Source: Nitrospirota bacterium
Lineage (GTDB): Bacteria; Nitrospirota; Thermodesulfovibrionia; Thermodesulfovibrionales; Dissulfurispiraceae
DNA length: 64,000 bases
Assembly: GCA_963710375.1 (NCBI GenBank)
Contig: CAVPZX010000002.1
Span: 800,001-864,000 of the forward strand
Direction: 5' to 3'
Part shown: in pieces, positions 20,690 through 30,890 of the stretch
Numbering within the stretch: position 1 is the first letter of the stretch
How the letters are laid out: every line of letters begins with the position of its first letter
The notes under the pieces: generated by a model
Told to the model about the DNA's origin: nothing
The model's input: only the letters and a program-made list of their open reading frames with translations
Database searches by the model: none
Translations under genes and position numbers: made by a program

Positions 20690-22389
20690 TTACCAAGCAA
20701 CGATTGGGAGAAATGCTGGTCGAGTCCGATCTTCTGACCGAGAATCAGCTTGAAAAAGCATTGGCCGGTCAAAAAAAGGAAGGGGTCAAGCTCGGACAGT
20801 ATCTTATAAGGCAGTCCATTGTTTCGGAAATGCAGATCGGCGACCTGCTCTGCAGACAACTGAAGATAGGCAAGTACCATCCGGACCAATTTCCGATAGA
20901 TATGGGTCTTTCCGGCGTTATTCCCTTTGAGCTGGCCCAGAAATATCAGGTTGCCCCTCTGCTGAAAAGGGGTCGCCTCCTCACAATAGCAATGGTTGAC
21001 CCCCTTGACATCACCGCGATGGACTCTATCGAGGCAAGCTCAAACTGCGAGGTGGAGCCGGTCGTCTGCACAGAAACAGAGCTGACGAACCTGCACAGGA
21101 GCATATACTCTGCACAAACTGGGCTGGAAGGCGTTGTGGAAGGCATCGAAGGTGAAGATTTTGCCTTTGAAAGGGCGGTAGACCAGCCTGAGGATATTCA
21201 GGTCGAAGCGGCACAGAATATGGCGCTAAATACTCCTGTCGTTATACGACTGGTGAACTCCATTTTTGCCAGTGCTGTTCAGGAGCGGGCCAGTGATATT
21301 CATATAAGCCCTCAGCAGAACGGAGTGCAGGTCAGATTCAGGATCGATGGGCGGCTCCACAGCATGCCGGCTCCACCCAAGTCGATGTTTCCAGCAGTGG
21401 TGGCCCGCATCAAGATTCTGTCTGATATGGATATAACACAATCGAGAATCCCTTTGGACGGGCGCTTCTCGCTGAAGCTGGGCAGCAGGCTGATCAACGT
21501 GCGTGTTTCTACTGTTCCCACTATTTACGGTGAGAACCTTGTCATGAGACTTCTGGATACCAGTTCCGGTATTTTCACCCTCGACCGTCTCGGAATGTCG
21601 GCTACTGACGTGGCAAGGATAAAGAGTATTATTCATAAACCATACGGAATGATCCTGAGCACCGGCCCCACCGGCAGCGGGAAGACCTCCAGTTTATACG
21701 CCATTCTGCAGGAGATCAACGAGCCGCATGCGCACATCATCACTCTCGAAGATCCCGTGGAGTACAAGATCGATACAATCCGCCAGATCCAATTGAATAT
21801 AAAAGCCGGCATGACCTTTGCGGGGGGTCTCAGGGCGATCCTTCGCCAGGACCCGGATGTCATCATGGTCGGGGAGATCCGCGATTCAGAGACAGCCTCC
21901 ATTGCGGTCAGGGCAGCACAGACAGGACACCGGCTGCTGAGCACCTTGCACACCAATGATGCTGCCGGGGCCATTTCCAGGCTCATTGATATGGGCATAG
22001 AGCCGTTCCTTGTCTCGTCGGTCCTATTGGTATCATTTGCCCAGAGACTTGTCCGAACCATCTGCCCTTACTGTAAGGAGGAATATACTCCTCCGATGAA
22101 GGTCCTCACTTCCTGGGGTCTCGATCGGGTGAAAGACGCGGTCTTTATGCATGGAAGGGGGTGCCAGCAGTGCCTTAATACAGGATACAAAGGAAGGACA
22201 GCCATTTTCGAGGTCCTCGTGAACAATGATAATATACAGGACATGATCCTGAAAAAAGCATCCGCGCATGAGATAGCCCACGAGGCTGTCTCCTCCGGCA
22301 TGATGACAACTCTTAAACAAAACGCTGCAGACAAAGTCGCCAGGGGCATTACCACGCTTGAAGAAGCGCAAGCAGTGGTGATGGCTTAA
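20686..22389 (+). CDS. pilB: Type IV pilus assembly ATPase (PilB/GspE/MshE)
   Basis: MshEN c-di-GMP motifs RLGEMLV / KLGQYLI, GPTGSGKT, TLEDPVEY, LRQDPDVIMVGEIRD, tetracysteine. Confidence 0.9.
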   Translation: MITKQRLGEMLVESDLLTENQLEKALAGQKKEGVKLGQYLIRQSIVSEMQIGDLLCRQLKIGKYHPDQFPIDMGLSGVIPFELAQKYQVAPLLKRGRLLTIAMVDPLDITAMDSIEASSNCEVEPVVCTETELTNLHRSIYSAQTGLEGVVEGIEGEDFAFERAVDQPEDIQVEAAQNMALNTPVVIRLVNSIFASAVQERASDIHISPQQNGVQVRFRIDGRLHSMPAPPKSMFPAVVARIKILSDMDITQSRIPLDGRFSLKLGSRLINVRVSTVPTIYGENLVMRLLDTSSGIFTLDRLGMSATDVARIKSIIHKPYGMILSTGPTGSGKTSSLYAILQEINEPHAHIITLEDPVEYKIDTIRQIQLNIKAGMTFAGGLRAILRQDPDVIMVGEIRDSETASIAVRAAQTGHRLLSTLHTNDAAGAISRLIDMGIEPFLVSSVLLVSFAQRLVRTICPYCKEEYTPPMKVLTSWGLDRVKDAVFMHGRGCQQCLNTGYKGRTAIFEVLVNNDNIQDMILKKASAHEIAHEAVSSGMMTTLKQNAADKVARGITTLEEAQAVVMA

Positions 22390-22461
22390 GACGCGTTATA
22401 GTGTTGTATCAAAAAGTGCTATACTGCCTTTTTTTGTTCGGTCATTAATTGCAAATATGTA

Positions 22462-22571
22462 ATTTTTCCATAGACATTGGAATTAATCCATTTCCACGCT
22501 GTATCACGTTCCTCGGAAATCCCAATAAACCAAAAAGATAATATATTGTCTTGCCTGGCATAATCCTTGCT
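22462..22571 (+). promoter_or_regulatory. sigma54 promoter module upstream of pilC (second copy)
   Basis: TTCCA-N7-TGGAA at 22466-22482; TGGCATAATCCTTGCT at 22556-22571. Confidence 0.82.
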
Positions 22572-22582
22572 GAATCATTATT

Positions 22583-23800
22583 ATGACCTATAAATATCAC
22601 GCAATAGACAGTTTGGGTAAGTCGATGAGGGGCTTGATAGAGGCAGCCTCTATACCGGCTGCCGAAAATGCGATCGCTTCCGGAGGATTGATACCGGTCC
22701 AGGTCGCTGCTACAAAAGCAAAAAAAGGATATTCCGACAGCTGGCTTCAGAGGGTGACCTCAAAAGTTAAAGCCAATGACCTGATCCTTTTCTCTAAGCA
22801 GTTCCGTTCGATGTTCCGCTCAGGGATACCCCTGTTGCGTCTACTTGCGGTCATAGAACAGCAGACGGAGAGCCCTGCATTGAAAAAAGCAGCTGCTTCC
22901 ATGAAGGAAGATGTCAGGCAGGGAGCGTCGCTCAGGGATGCAATGGAGAGGCACCCATCCATCTTTTCTCCTTTGTATTGCGGCATGATGGGCGCCGGCG
23001 AGATGAGCGGCAATGTTCCCGAGGTGCTGGAAAGATTGACTTACATCCTGGAGCATGAAAACAGGGTGAAATCTGATATCCGTACTGCGCTCCAGTATCC
23101 TAAGATTGTTGTTGTCGCACTCGGAATCGCATTTTTCATCCTCCTGGCCTTCGTGGTGCCGAAGTTTGCAGCGATATTTGAAAAAGCACGCATTGAGCTC
23201 CCGCTTCCGACAAGAATTGCGATATCAATGCACCATGTCCTTCTGGGATACTGGCCTATTATGCTGTTGGGGATATTTGCCCTTGTTTTCGGACTAAAAT
23301 TATACTTCAAAACAGAAAACGGCAGGTTCGCAAAAGACTCCTTTCTTCTTCGTCTGCCGGTTTTCGGCCCCCTCTTCATAAAGGCTGCAATGTCCCGCTT
23401 TTCGAGCATCCTTGCTATACTGATATCAAGCGGCATACCCATAATGAATGCTATGACGATTCTTTCCGAGACTATCGGAAACTCGGCCATATCCCGCGCC
23501 TTTAATTCAATCAGGGACCAGATGGAGGAGGGAAAGGGTATCGCAGGGCCGCTGACAAGTGCGAAGTTCTTTACTCCCATGGTGGTCAACATGGTTGCCA
23601 TAGGGGAAGAGTCCGGCAATCTTGAAGGAATGCTCAGGGAAATCACAGTGCATTACGACGAGGAGGTAGAACATTCAGTAAAAGGGCTGTCTGATTTGAT
23701 AGCACCGGTGCTGACAGTTGCCCTGGCTGTGGTTGTCGGTTTCTTTGCGTTGGCAATATTCCTGCCGATGTGGGACCTGACCAAGATTGTCGGACATTAA
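22583..23800 (+). CDS. pilC: Type IV pilus platform protein (PilC/GspF/MshG)
   Basis: Two T2SSF domains (GEMSG, GEESG), ALQYP, AIFLPMW. Confidence 0.9.
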   Translation: MTYKYHAIDSLGKSMRGLIEAASIPAAENAIASGGLIPVQVAATKAKKGYSDSWLQRVTSKVKANDLILFSKQFRSMFRSGIPLLRLLAVIEQQTESPALKKAAASMKEDVRQGASLRDAMERHPSIFSPLYCGMMGAGEMSGNVPEVLERLTYILEHENRVKSDIRTALQYPKIVVVALGIAFFILLAFVVPKFAAIFEKARIELPLPTRIAISMHHVLLGYWPIMLLGIFALVFGLKLYFKTENGRFAKDSFLLRLPVFGPLFIKAAMSRFSSILAILISSGIPIMNAMTILSETIGNSAISRAFNSIRDQMEEGKGIAGPLTSAKFFTPMVVNMVAIGEESGNLEGMLREITVHYDEEVEHSVKGLSDLIAPVLTVALAVVVGFFALAIFLPMWDLTKIVGH

Positions 23801-23901
23801 GGCTGCGAGCGTCGTGCTTAAGTGAAGCTTTTGGTAGCTTTTTGTCTTGGACAAATGATATAAAACTTAACTAGAATCGATCCCAAAAGGAGAAAATATC
23901 T

Positions 23902-24324
23902 ATGAACAACATGAAGAAAACTCTCAGGAATCAGGAAGGTTTTACCCTTATTGAAGTTATCGCTGTAATGGTAATAATCGGCATTTTAGCGGCTGTTGCT
24001 ATTCCAAAATATATTAATATGCAGACTAATGCCCAGAATGCAGCAGCACAGGGCGCATTGGGTGCAGCTGCGTCAGGCGTATCTTTGGCTTACGCCAACT
24101 GCATAGTAAACGGCTTGACACCTAGCGCCATAACAGCCACTGGTGGTTTTACGGGTACAGGGACTGCCTGTGCTGCCTCTGCAGGAACAACTTTTGGTGA
24201 TTTTACTGTAACATATCCTACTGCCACATGGCCGTCAGTATCAATTACATTAAGCACAACAAGTCCAGCATGGTTGAGCGCAGTACCCACTGCAAGCCTT
24301 AGTAAACTTTTAGTTTTACAATAA
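23902..24324 (+). CDS. Major type IV pilin (MshA-like), Ser/Thr-rich
   Basis: Class III signal G|FTLIE, AVAIPKY, AAQGALGAA; strong SD. Confidence 0.85.
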   Translation: MNNMKKTLRNQEGFTLIEVIAVMVIIGILAAVAIPKYINMQTNAQNAAAQGALGAAASGVSLAYANCIVNGLTPSAITATGGFTGTGTACAASAGTTFGDFTVTYPTATWPSVSITLSTTSPAWLSAVPTASLSKLLVLQ

Positions 24325-24442
24325 CTGTAATTTTGCGAGCGTGTGTAACTTGCTCAATTCGGCCAATTGCGCAGGCAGCACCGTCAGGTTTTTTGGTGTT
24401 GTTCACATATGACGCTTTGGCAAATTTACGTGAATTTTGGAG

Positions 24443-26894
24443 TTATTTCAGCTTAAGACGCGCACAGGCGTCAGGGTCCTTGAGGGCGCAGCCCCTTCGC
24501 AAATCAGTCAGAGCCTCTTGAGTTCTCACCTGTCCTGAGATAAAGTTTCCCCCGGTCTGTGTAGGCAACGGCGAGATTGGGGTCCAGTGAGAGCGCTTTA
24601 TTGAAGTCTGCAAACGCATGATCAAATTCTTTTAATTCCGAATAAGCGAGCCCCCTGCTGACATAAGTGGGGGCATATGCAGGGTTGAGTTCGATCGCCT
24701 TTGTATAGTCCCCAATCGAACGGAAGTAATCTTTTTTGGAATAAAAAGAGAGACCCCGGCCGTCATACAATGCAGGACTTTTATCGTATAATGCAATAGC
24801 CCTGGTATATTCCCGAATAGCGAAATCATACTGCCCCAAATAATTATAAGCAACAGCAGACTTGTAATGAGCTACTATGTCTTTTTGATCAATTCTGACT
24901 GCTGAGGCGAAATCGGCAATAGCATTTGCGTATTCTTTACGTGCCATAAACATTTCCCCCCTGTTACGGTAGGCGTCTGAATCGTATGGAAAGTCGCGTA
25001 ATATTTTGCCGAACAACTGCATTGCTTCATTATATTTCCCATTACGGCCATAACACACAGCGAGGGCATAAAGCGGTCCTTCAGAATGTGGATTCATTGC
25101 AAGGGCCTTGAAAAGGTTATCCATAGCAAGCGATGGTTCTCCTTTTTCAAGATACGCTATGCCCATTCCTGTATAGGTCTTTGAATTTTTTTGTAGGGCA
25201 TCTGCTTTGGCAAAGTTTTCGAGGGCAATTTCATATTCCTTTTTCAGCAGGAATGCCTCTCCCTTGTTATGCCAGGCTAATACAGATTTTGGGGAGAGAA
25301 TGAGAGCCCTGTCAAGCGCCTCAAGGGCCTTATCAGGCTGATTTACGGCAATATAGGCATTGCCCATATTGTTCCAGGCCTGGCTGCTATTGGGGCTCTT
25401 CTCAGTGACATCTTTCCAAAAGGCAACCTTGTTTGACCAGACATCGTTCCTTGCATAGGTCATCCCGAACAATACGGCGATTACCACAAAGCAGAGCTGA
25501 AGCAGCATTCTCCTTTCCCTGTCGAATCTTATACGCTCTGCGACCACGAACAGGGCTGTACAGAGCGCTATGAAAAAACCGGCCGAAGGCAGATACAGCC
25601 TGTATTCATCGATGAGAGTAGGCAAGGGTATAATGCTCGATTCAACCGAGAGCGTCATAAAATACCAGAGTATACCGAACCCGATAAGGCGAAACTCAGG
25701 ACTGAGGCCAGAGGACTGAGGACTGAGACGCGAGGACTGAGAGATGAGGACTGAGGACTTAGCAGAAAGGTTTTGGTCTTCGCGCTTTGCTCTCAGTCCT
25801 TCGCCCTCAGTCCTTGTTCTTTTCGCAGTCTTCTTCACCAAGTATACCCCAAGGACAAAGAGCGCTGATAAACATATGAACGACAGCATCACCTGCGGAT
25901 TGAAGAATGATTTATAGAGGGGATAATCATAAATAAGGGTCTGGTTTACAGGCACAAACATCAATCTGAGATAAGTAATAATTACCCTGAATTGGGTAAA
26001 GAAATAGGGCCAGCGCGGCATCTCCGGGTATCCTACGTCGGCCACCGCCACCGTGGCCATTATCTGATGAAGATGTTTGCCCGACCCCATCATTGTCCGG
26101 ATGATTGTCAGAGGCACGATGCATGAAGTCAGCAACAGAGGAGCGAGATAAAGTAGCCGCTGAAAAAAACTGACGCGGGGATGCGGAGACGCGGAGACAC
26201 GGGGATAAGGACTGAAAAAGCAAAACTCATATAAAGTGATCACAAAAGGCAGGGTAAAGGCGTTCTCCTTTGTCTTCATGGCTGCGATCGAGGATAAAAT
26301 CGAGAGGGCGTAAAATATATACCGGCTTTTTTTACCGGCGGATAAGCGCCAACATGCATAGGAAACAATCGACAGGAGGTAAAACAGTGCGGCCAACGAT
26401 GCCAGCCGCTGAAAAACATAAGTCACAGCTTCAGTTTGGATGGGATGTATTGCAAAAAGCAGAGAGATTGAAAATGCGATAGCTTTCGACTTCTCGCTTA
26501 ACCGGGAGTCCCGTAAAAATGGAGACCTGAATGTAAGCAAAACAAGGAAGTATATAAGCGCGGCATTAATTAAATGTATACAGACATTTACAATATGGTA
26601 ACCCAACACAGCGAAGCCGTGGAGTTTATAGTTGACTGCAAACGTAAGATAGCCTAAATACCTTATTATGAAGCCGTCATAAAACGTAAGTCCCGCTGCT
26701 TTTGAAGGCTCCAGAAAATAGGTCAGATTTTTGATAATCGGATTTTCACGAAGAAAAATGTCTTCATCCCACTGAAAAGGGGCATTAAAGGTATTGGAGT
26801 ATGCCAAAAAACCGATAACAGCAATCAGCAGAATATGGAAAACCGGGTTACCAGGAATATTCTTTTTTATGGTTTGTGCGATTTTTCTCAGCAT
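24443..26894 (-). CDS. GT-C membrane glycosyltransferase (TMTC/DUF1736-like) with C-terminal TPR repeats; probable frameshift near 24523
   Basis: YSNTFNAPFQWDE acidic loop, HPIQTEAVTY, KENAFTLP, EYRLYLPS, RNDVW, about 9 TPRs; natural-looking end QEALTDLRRGCALKDPDAC lies in the adjacent frame. Confidence 0.8.
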
Positions 26895-27017
26895 CCGGCG
26901 GTAATCCGAAACAGTTGATATCTCCAGGCTTCCAATAGATTTTATTATACCATTTGACAGTGTTACCGGACAATTTACAATTGCTTCTCTGACTAAAACA
27001 ATTATAAAATTAACTAT

Positions 27018-27485
27018 ATGGCTTTTTTGAGCTCGAAGACCAAAACCGGATCGCATCAAGCCGGCTTCACCCTGATCGAGGTGATTGCGGTGATGATTAT
27101 TATAGTTGTTATAGCCGCAGTGGCGATTTCAAAGGCTACATCCACTTCCGCATACAGCGTTACATCCGAGGTTGCGATACTTAAGAAAAATATCCGTTTC
27201 GCTCAGATCAAATCATTAGGTGACGTGTCTCCAAATACCTGGGGGATAAACATAGGCAGCAATTCTTATACTCTTCTGAACAACGGCTCGACAGCTTCAA
27301 TAAATCTTCCCGGAGAGAGCTCTCCAACTCATACGTTCACAGGCAGCGTGGCTGCTAATCCGGCGGCTATAATAACGTTTGATAATTGGGGAAGCCCGGG
27401 CGCAGCTAACAGCACTATTACGCTTACCGGCGGCTCTCAGACTGCAACAATCACGGTGACGGAAAATACAGGGTTTGTACCGTGA
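27018..27485 (+). CDS. Minor pilin (MshC/FimT-like)
   Basis: G|FTLIE, IRFAQIKS, ITFDNWGSP. Confidence 0.8.
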   Translation: MAFLSSKTKTGSHQAGFTLIEVIAVMIIIVVIAAVAISKATSTSAYSVTSEVAILKKNIRFAQIKSLGDVSPNTWGINIGSNSYTLLNNGSTASINLPGESSPTHTFTGSVAANPAAIITFDNWGSPGAANSTITLTGGSQTATITVTENTGFVP

Positions 27486-27949
27486 AGAGGCCAGAGTCAA
27501 GAGTCTTTAGTCAAAACGGAAGTGGGTTTACACTTATAGAAGTGATAATCACTATCGTCGTTGTCGCTGTCCTTGCGACTATGATATATTCCTATTTCAG
27601 TACAGCCATAACTCAAAGCTCAACCCCGGTGAACAGGCTGGTGACTGCGTTGCAGTCCCAGACAGTCATGGAGAATATAACTGCCGACTGGATGGACCCT
27701 TCGCATCCGCAAAATACCTCTTATCTTACCAGTTTAAGCGTTAATATTGGACCCGAGGGTTCGTCAAACCATACACCTGCTTACGGGCAATACACGGTTA
27801 TTGACAACCATTTCATAACCTGGAACTCTAACAATGACGTTCAAACCGGGGCGAGTAATTGTCTGAAGGTGACGGTGCAGGACAATCTCGGTGAGACACT
27901 CACGGAAATATATGTTGCTCAAAATATCGGGTCCGCCAATTGCAACTGA
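27482..27949 (+). CDS. Minor pilin (MshD/PilV-like)
   Basis: G|FTLIE, MENI, LKVTV. Confidence 0.8.
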   Translation: MKRPESRVFSQNGSGFTLIEVIITIVVVAVLATMIYSYFSTAITQSSTPVNRLVTALQSQTVMENITADWMDPSHPQNTSYLTSLSVNIGPEGSSNHTPAYGQYTVIDNHFITWNSNNDVQTGASNCLKVTVQDNLGETLTEIYVAQNIGSANCN

Positions 27950-27962
27950 AGGACAAAAGGTC

Positions 27963-28511
27963 ATGACGCACTACAACAGTAAACATCAATGTCGTAAGCG
28001 GGATGTGTCATTCAACGAGAATGGTTTCACCCTGATCGAGATGATCCTGGTTATTGTGATCCTTGGGATTATTGTTATCATAGCAGGCGTTGGCATAGTC
28101 AATGTGACTAATGGCCTGCTACTGACAAACCAAACTGCCTTAACGGTTCTGAAAGCACAGGCCGCTATGACCAGGATTCAAAAAGAGATGTACATATTAA
28201 ATTCGGTCGCTACCGGTAATTCGAATTCGATTACGTTTACGAACGATAAAGGAGGAGGCTCGGCCACTTATACGCTGTCCCAGTCCGGTAATAGCATTAT
28301 CCTTAGTGACGCTAACGGTAACAACGACACCCTCATCGACAGCGTAGTAGCATCCACTTTTTCATTGACATATAACAATACGTATAACGGAACGCCAGGG
28401 TCAACGTTTATTCCCTCAACAACCAAGATCATTAATGTCAGCTTCACCCTGTCAGGCTATGGCGGAGCGCAGAGTACATTTAACATGCGTATCAGGCCAA
28501 GAAGTTTATGA
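27963..28511 (+). CDS. Minor pilin (MshO/PilW-like)
   Basis: G|FTLIE, AMTRIQKEM, terminal IRPR. Confidence 0.8.
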   Translation: MTHYNSKHQCRKRDVSFNENGFTLIEMILVIVILGIIVIIAGVGIVNVTNGLLLTNQTALTVLKAQAAMTRIQKEMYILNSVATGNSNSITFTNDKGGGSATYTLSQSGNSIILSDANGNNDTLIDSVVASTFSLTYNNTYNGTPGSTFIPSTTKIINVSFTLSGYGGAQSTFNMRIRPRSL

Positions 28512-29792
28512 CCATGGATAGTAAACATCAGAATCGGGGAAAAAGCAAAATCGGGAGCCGGAGAGGGTCCATTCTAATAGGATTGGTCATTACCCTGCTT
28601 ATTATGGTGATTGCCGGCGTTGCAACCGTTTATTTGACCACAGGCTCAACATACACTGAGATCCTGAAAAACAATAATGTGAAAGCTTACTATCTTGCAG
28701 AGTCAGGCGGTCGGGTTGCCTACCCTCTCATATACTCGGATTTGCTTAATGGGAATCAGACAAACATGCAGGCCCTGTTTGGGACCAATTTATCGAACAC
28801 TCCTACCTATACCCTTTCAACCGGAACGTTCACCCTTTCCATTAGCAACGTTACCTCTACATCAGCGCTTCTAACTTCTGTTGGCACAGTCAATTCAGGT
28901 AGTTGGCTTCAAACCAAGAGAAATGTCGTATATTCAGTTGGTGCTGTGCCAGTGTCTGGCAGCGGTCCAAGTAACAGCCCCAGCAGCAGTTTTTACAATC
29001 AGACTAATTTCAACAACGATTGGATTACCGGACCTGGCACGACGGCATCGCCGGGCACAAGCACCGGACCTTCCGCAGGAACTGCATTGATGTTTAAAGG
29101 GGGCAGTGGTTTCATTGCCATGAATTGGACGGCCGGAAGTGTTGTTCCTTCGTCTTACGATATCCAGCTGAAAATTAACGTAAATGCTCAAGGAAGTCAC
29201 GGAAAGTTTTACCTGTTAGGTCTGTCATTCCGCCTGAGCCTAGACAGACTCAAATAATCCTCAAAATTGTTATGGTATTTCATTTTTTAGAAACGATGGG
29301 TCCGCCCCGTCCTCCTGGCCTTCTTCTTTGGTTACCGCACTGAGTAGCATCCCTGGTTCTGCTAATGAATACATAGTGTTATGGAAGGAGATCAACGGGA
29401 CATATTCTTTAATCGATTACAGACAGTTAACCCAAAGTGACGGCGTTTTGAATTCTGATGGAACATTGGCAACTTGGTCTACTATCATCATTACACTAAA
29501 TCAGACAATTGCTGGTGGTTCGAATAGTATATCATCTTATATTGCTGGACCTGCGACATATCCATACGGAACGGTCAATTGGCAATTTTCTAGTTTTACG
29601 CCAGTATCCTGGCATGCTAACGGGACTAACCCAATTGTGGATAGTTCTCTCACAACAGCGCAAGCTCCTGAAATAGGGATTCACAGCTTCTATGATAGCA
29701 ATGCTGCAAATGACCAGTTTTTTGCTGATTTCACAGTGCTTCCGACAAGCAGTGGAAACGGAGGAACCGGAAGCTCACAGCAGTATTATTAG
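28508..29792 (+). CDS. PilX/MshP-like minor pilin with C-terminal beta-rich domain, split by one extra A at 29248
   Basis: G|SILI (no Glu5), AYYLAESG; removing one base joins ...SLD-SSNNPQNCYGISFFR... in frame to ORF 29328-29792. Confidence 0.75.
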
Positions 29793-29924
29793 AGAACAAG
29801 CAGGGTTGTGGTTCCACATAGGAAGTAGCCCTTCAATCACTTTGAGAGGCAACCGGGTAATGCACCCGATACTGTTTCCCCCTGATCTTGAATCATCCCT
29901 CTTTAATCCTGTATCCTTTAATCT

Positions 29925-30887
29925 ATGCTAGGCGTGATACTTTTAAACTTGGGCGGTCCTGATTCTATAGATGCTGTCAGGCCGTTCCTCTATAACCTTT
30001 TTTCTGACAGGGACATAATCAGGCTCGGGCCCTCATTCCTCCAAAAACCGATAGCAGCTCTCATAATCGGGATGAAGCTCGGAAAGACGCTGGCTGCCTA
30101 TAACATGATCGGCGGCAAATCTCCCCTGCTTGATATTACGTCAGCTCAGGCAAGGACACTGGAGGAAAATCTCAATGCCACCGTAGCCTCGCGACAGGCG
30201 AAATTCAGGGTATACGTCGGAATGCGTTACTGGCATCCGTTTACTGAAGAGAGTCTTGAACAGATGCACAAGGAAGGGATAACCCGGATAATTGCGTTGA
30301 GCCTCTATCCGCACTACTCTTTTGCGACAACCGGTTCTTCCATTAAACATTTCAAAGACGCTGCTGCAAAATATTCTTTTGAATATTCCTGCATCACCTC
30401 CTGGTTCAATCATCCTCTCTACATAGACGCACTCGCAGAACAGATTGAGGAGGGGCTGAAGGGTTTCGACACTAAACCTGCCGTGCTGTTCAGCGCCCAC
30501 AGTCTCCCGCAGAAACTTGTCACTTCAGGAGATCCCTATGTAAATGAAATCCGGGGCACCATTGATGCACTCACTAAAAGAATGGACCTTCAGTGGTACC
30601 TCTCCTACCAGAGCAAGACCGGCCCTGTCAAATGGCTTGAGCCCTCTACGGAACAGATGCTCCATGAACTTGCCGGCAAAGGAATAAAAGACCTCCTCGT
30701 AGTGCCGATCAGCTTTGTGTCCGACCACATTGAAACTCTATATGAAATAGATATACTATACAGAGAGATGGCAAAGCATCTCGGAATTACCCTCAGGCGC
30801 ACTGAATCGCTTAATACGTCCGCCAAATTTATAGAGGCGATTGCAGATATCGTAATAAAAAAAGTTGCGGACTCCGGATGGATTTAA
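29925..30887 (+). CDS. hemH: Ferrochelatase
   Basis: LLNLGGP, GMRYWHP, FSAHSLP, SFVSDHIETLYEID. Confidence 0.95.
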   Translation: MLGVILLNLGGPDSIDAVRPFLYNLFSDRDIIRLGPSFLQKPIAALIIGMKLGKTLAAYNMIGGKSPLLDITSAQARTLEENLNATVASRQAKFRVYVGMRYWHPFTEESLEQMHKEGITRIIALSLYPHYSFATTGSSIKHFKDAAAKYSFEYSCITSWFNHPLYIDALAEQIEEGLKGFDTKPAVLFSAHSLPQKLVTSGDPYVNEIRGTIDALTKRMDLQWYLSYQSKTGPVKWLEPSTEQMLHELAGKGIKDLLVVPISFVSDHIETLYEIDILYREMAKHLGITLRRTESLNTSAKFIEAIADIVIKKVADSGWI

Positions 30888-30890
30888 ACC

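Noticed and set aside
23902..24324. Electrically conductive pilin
   Set aside because: Full-length pilin, not the short Geobacter type, with long aromatic-free stretches
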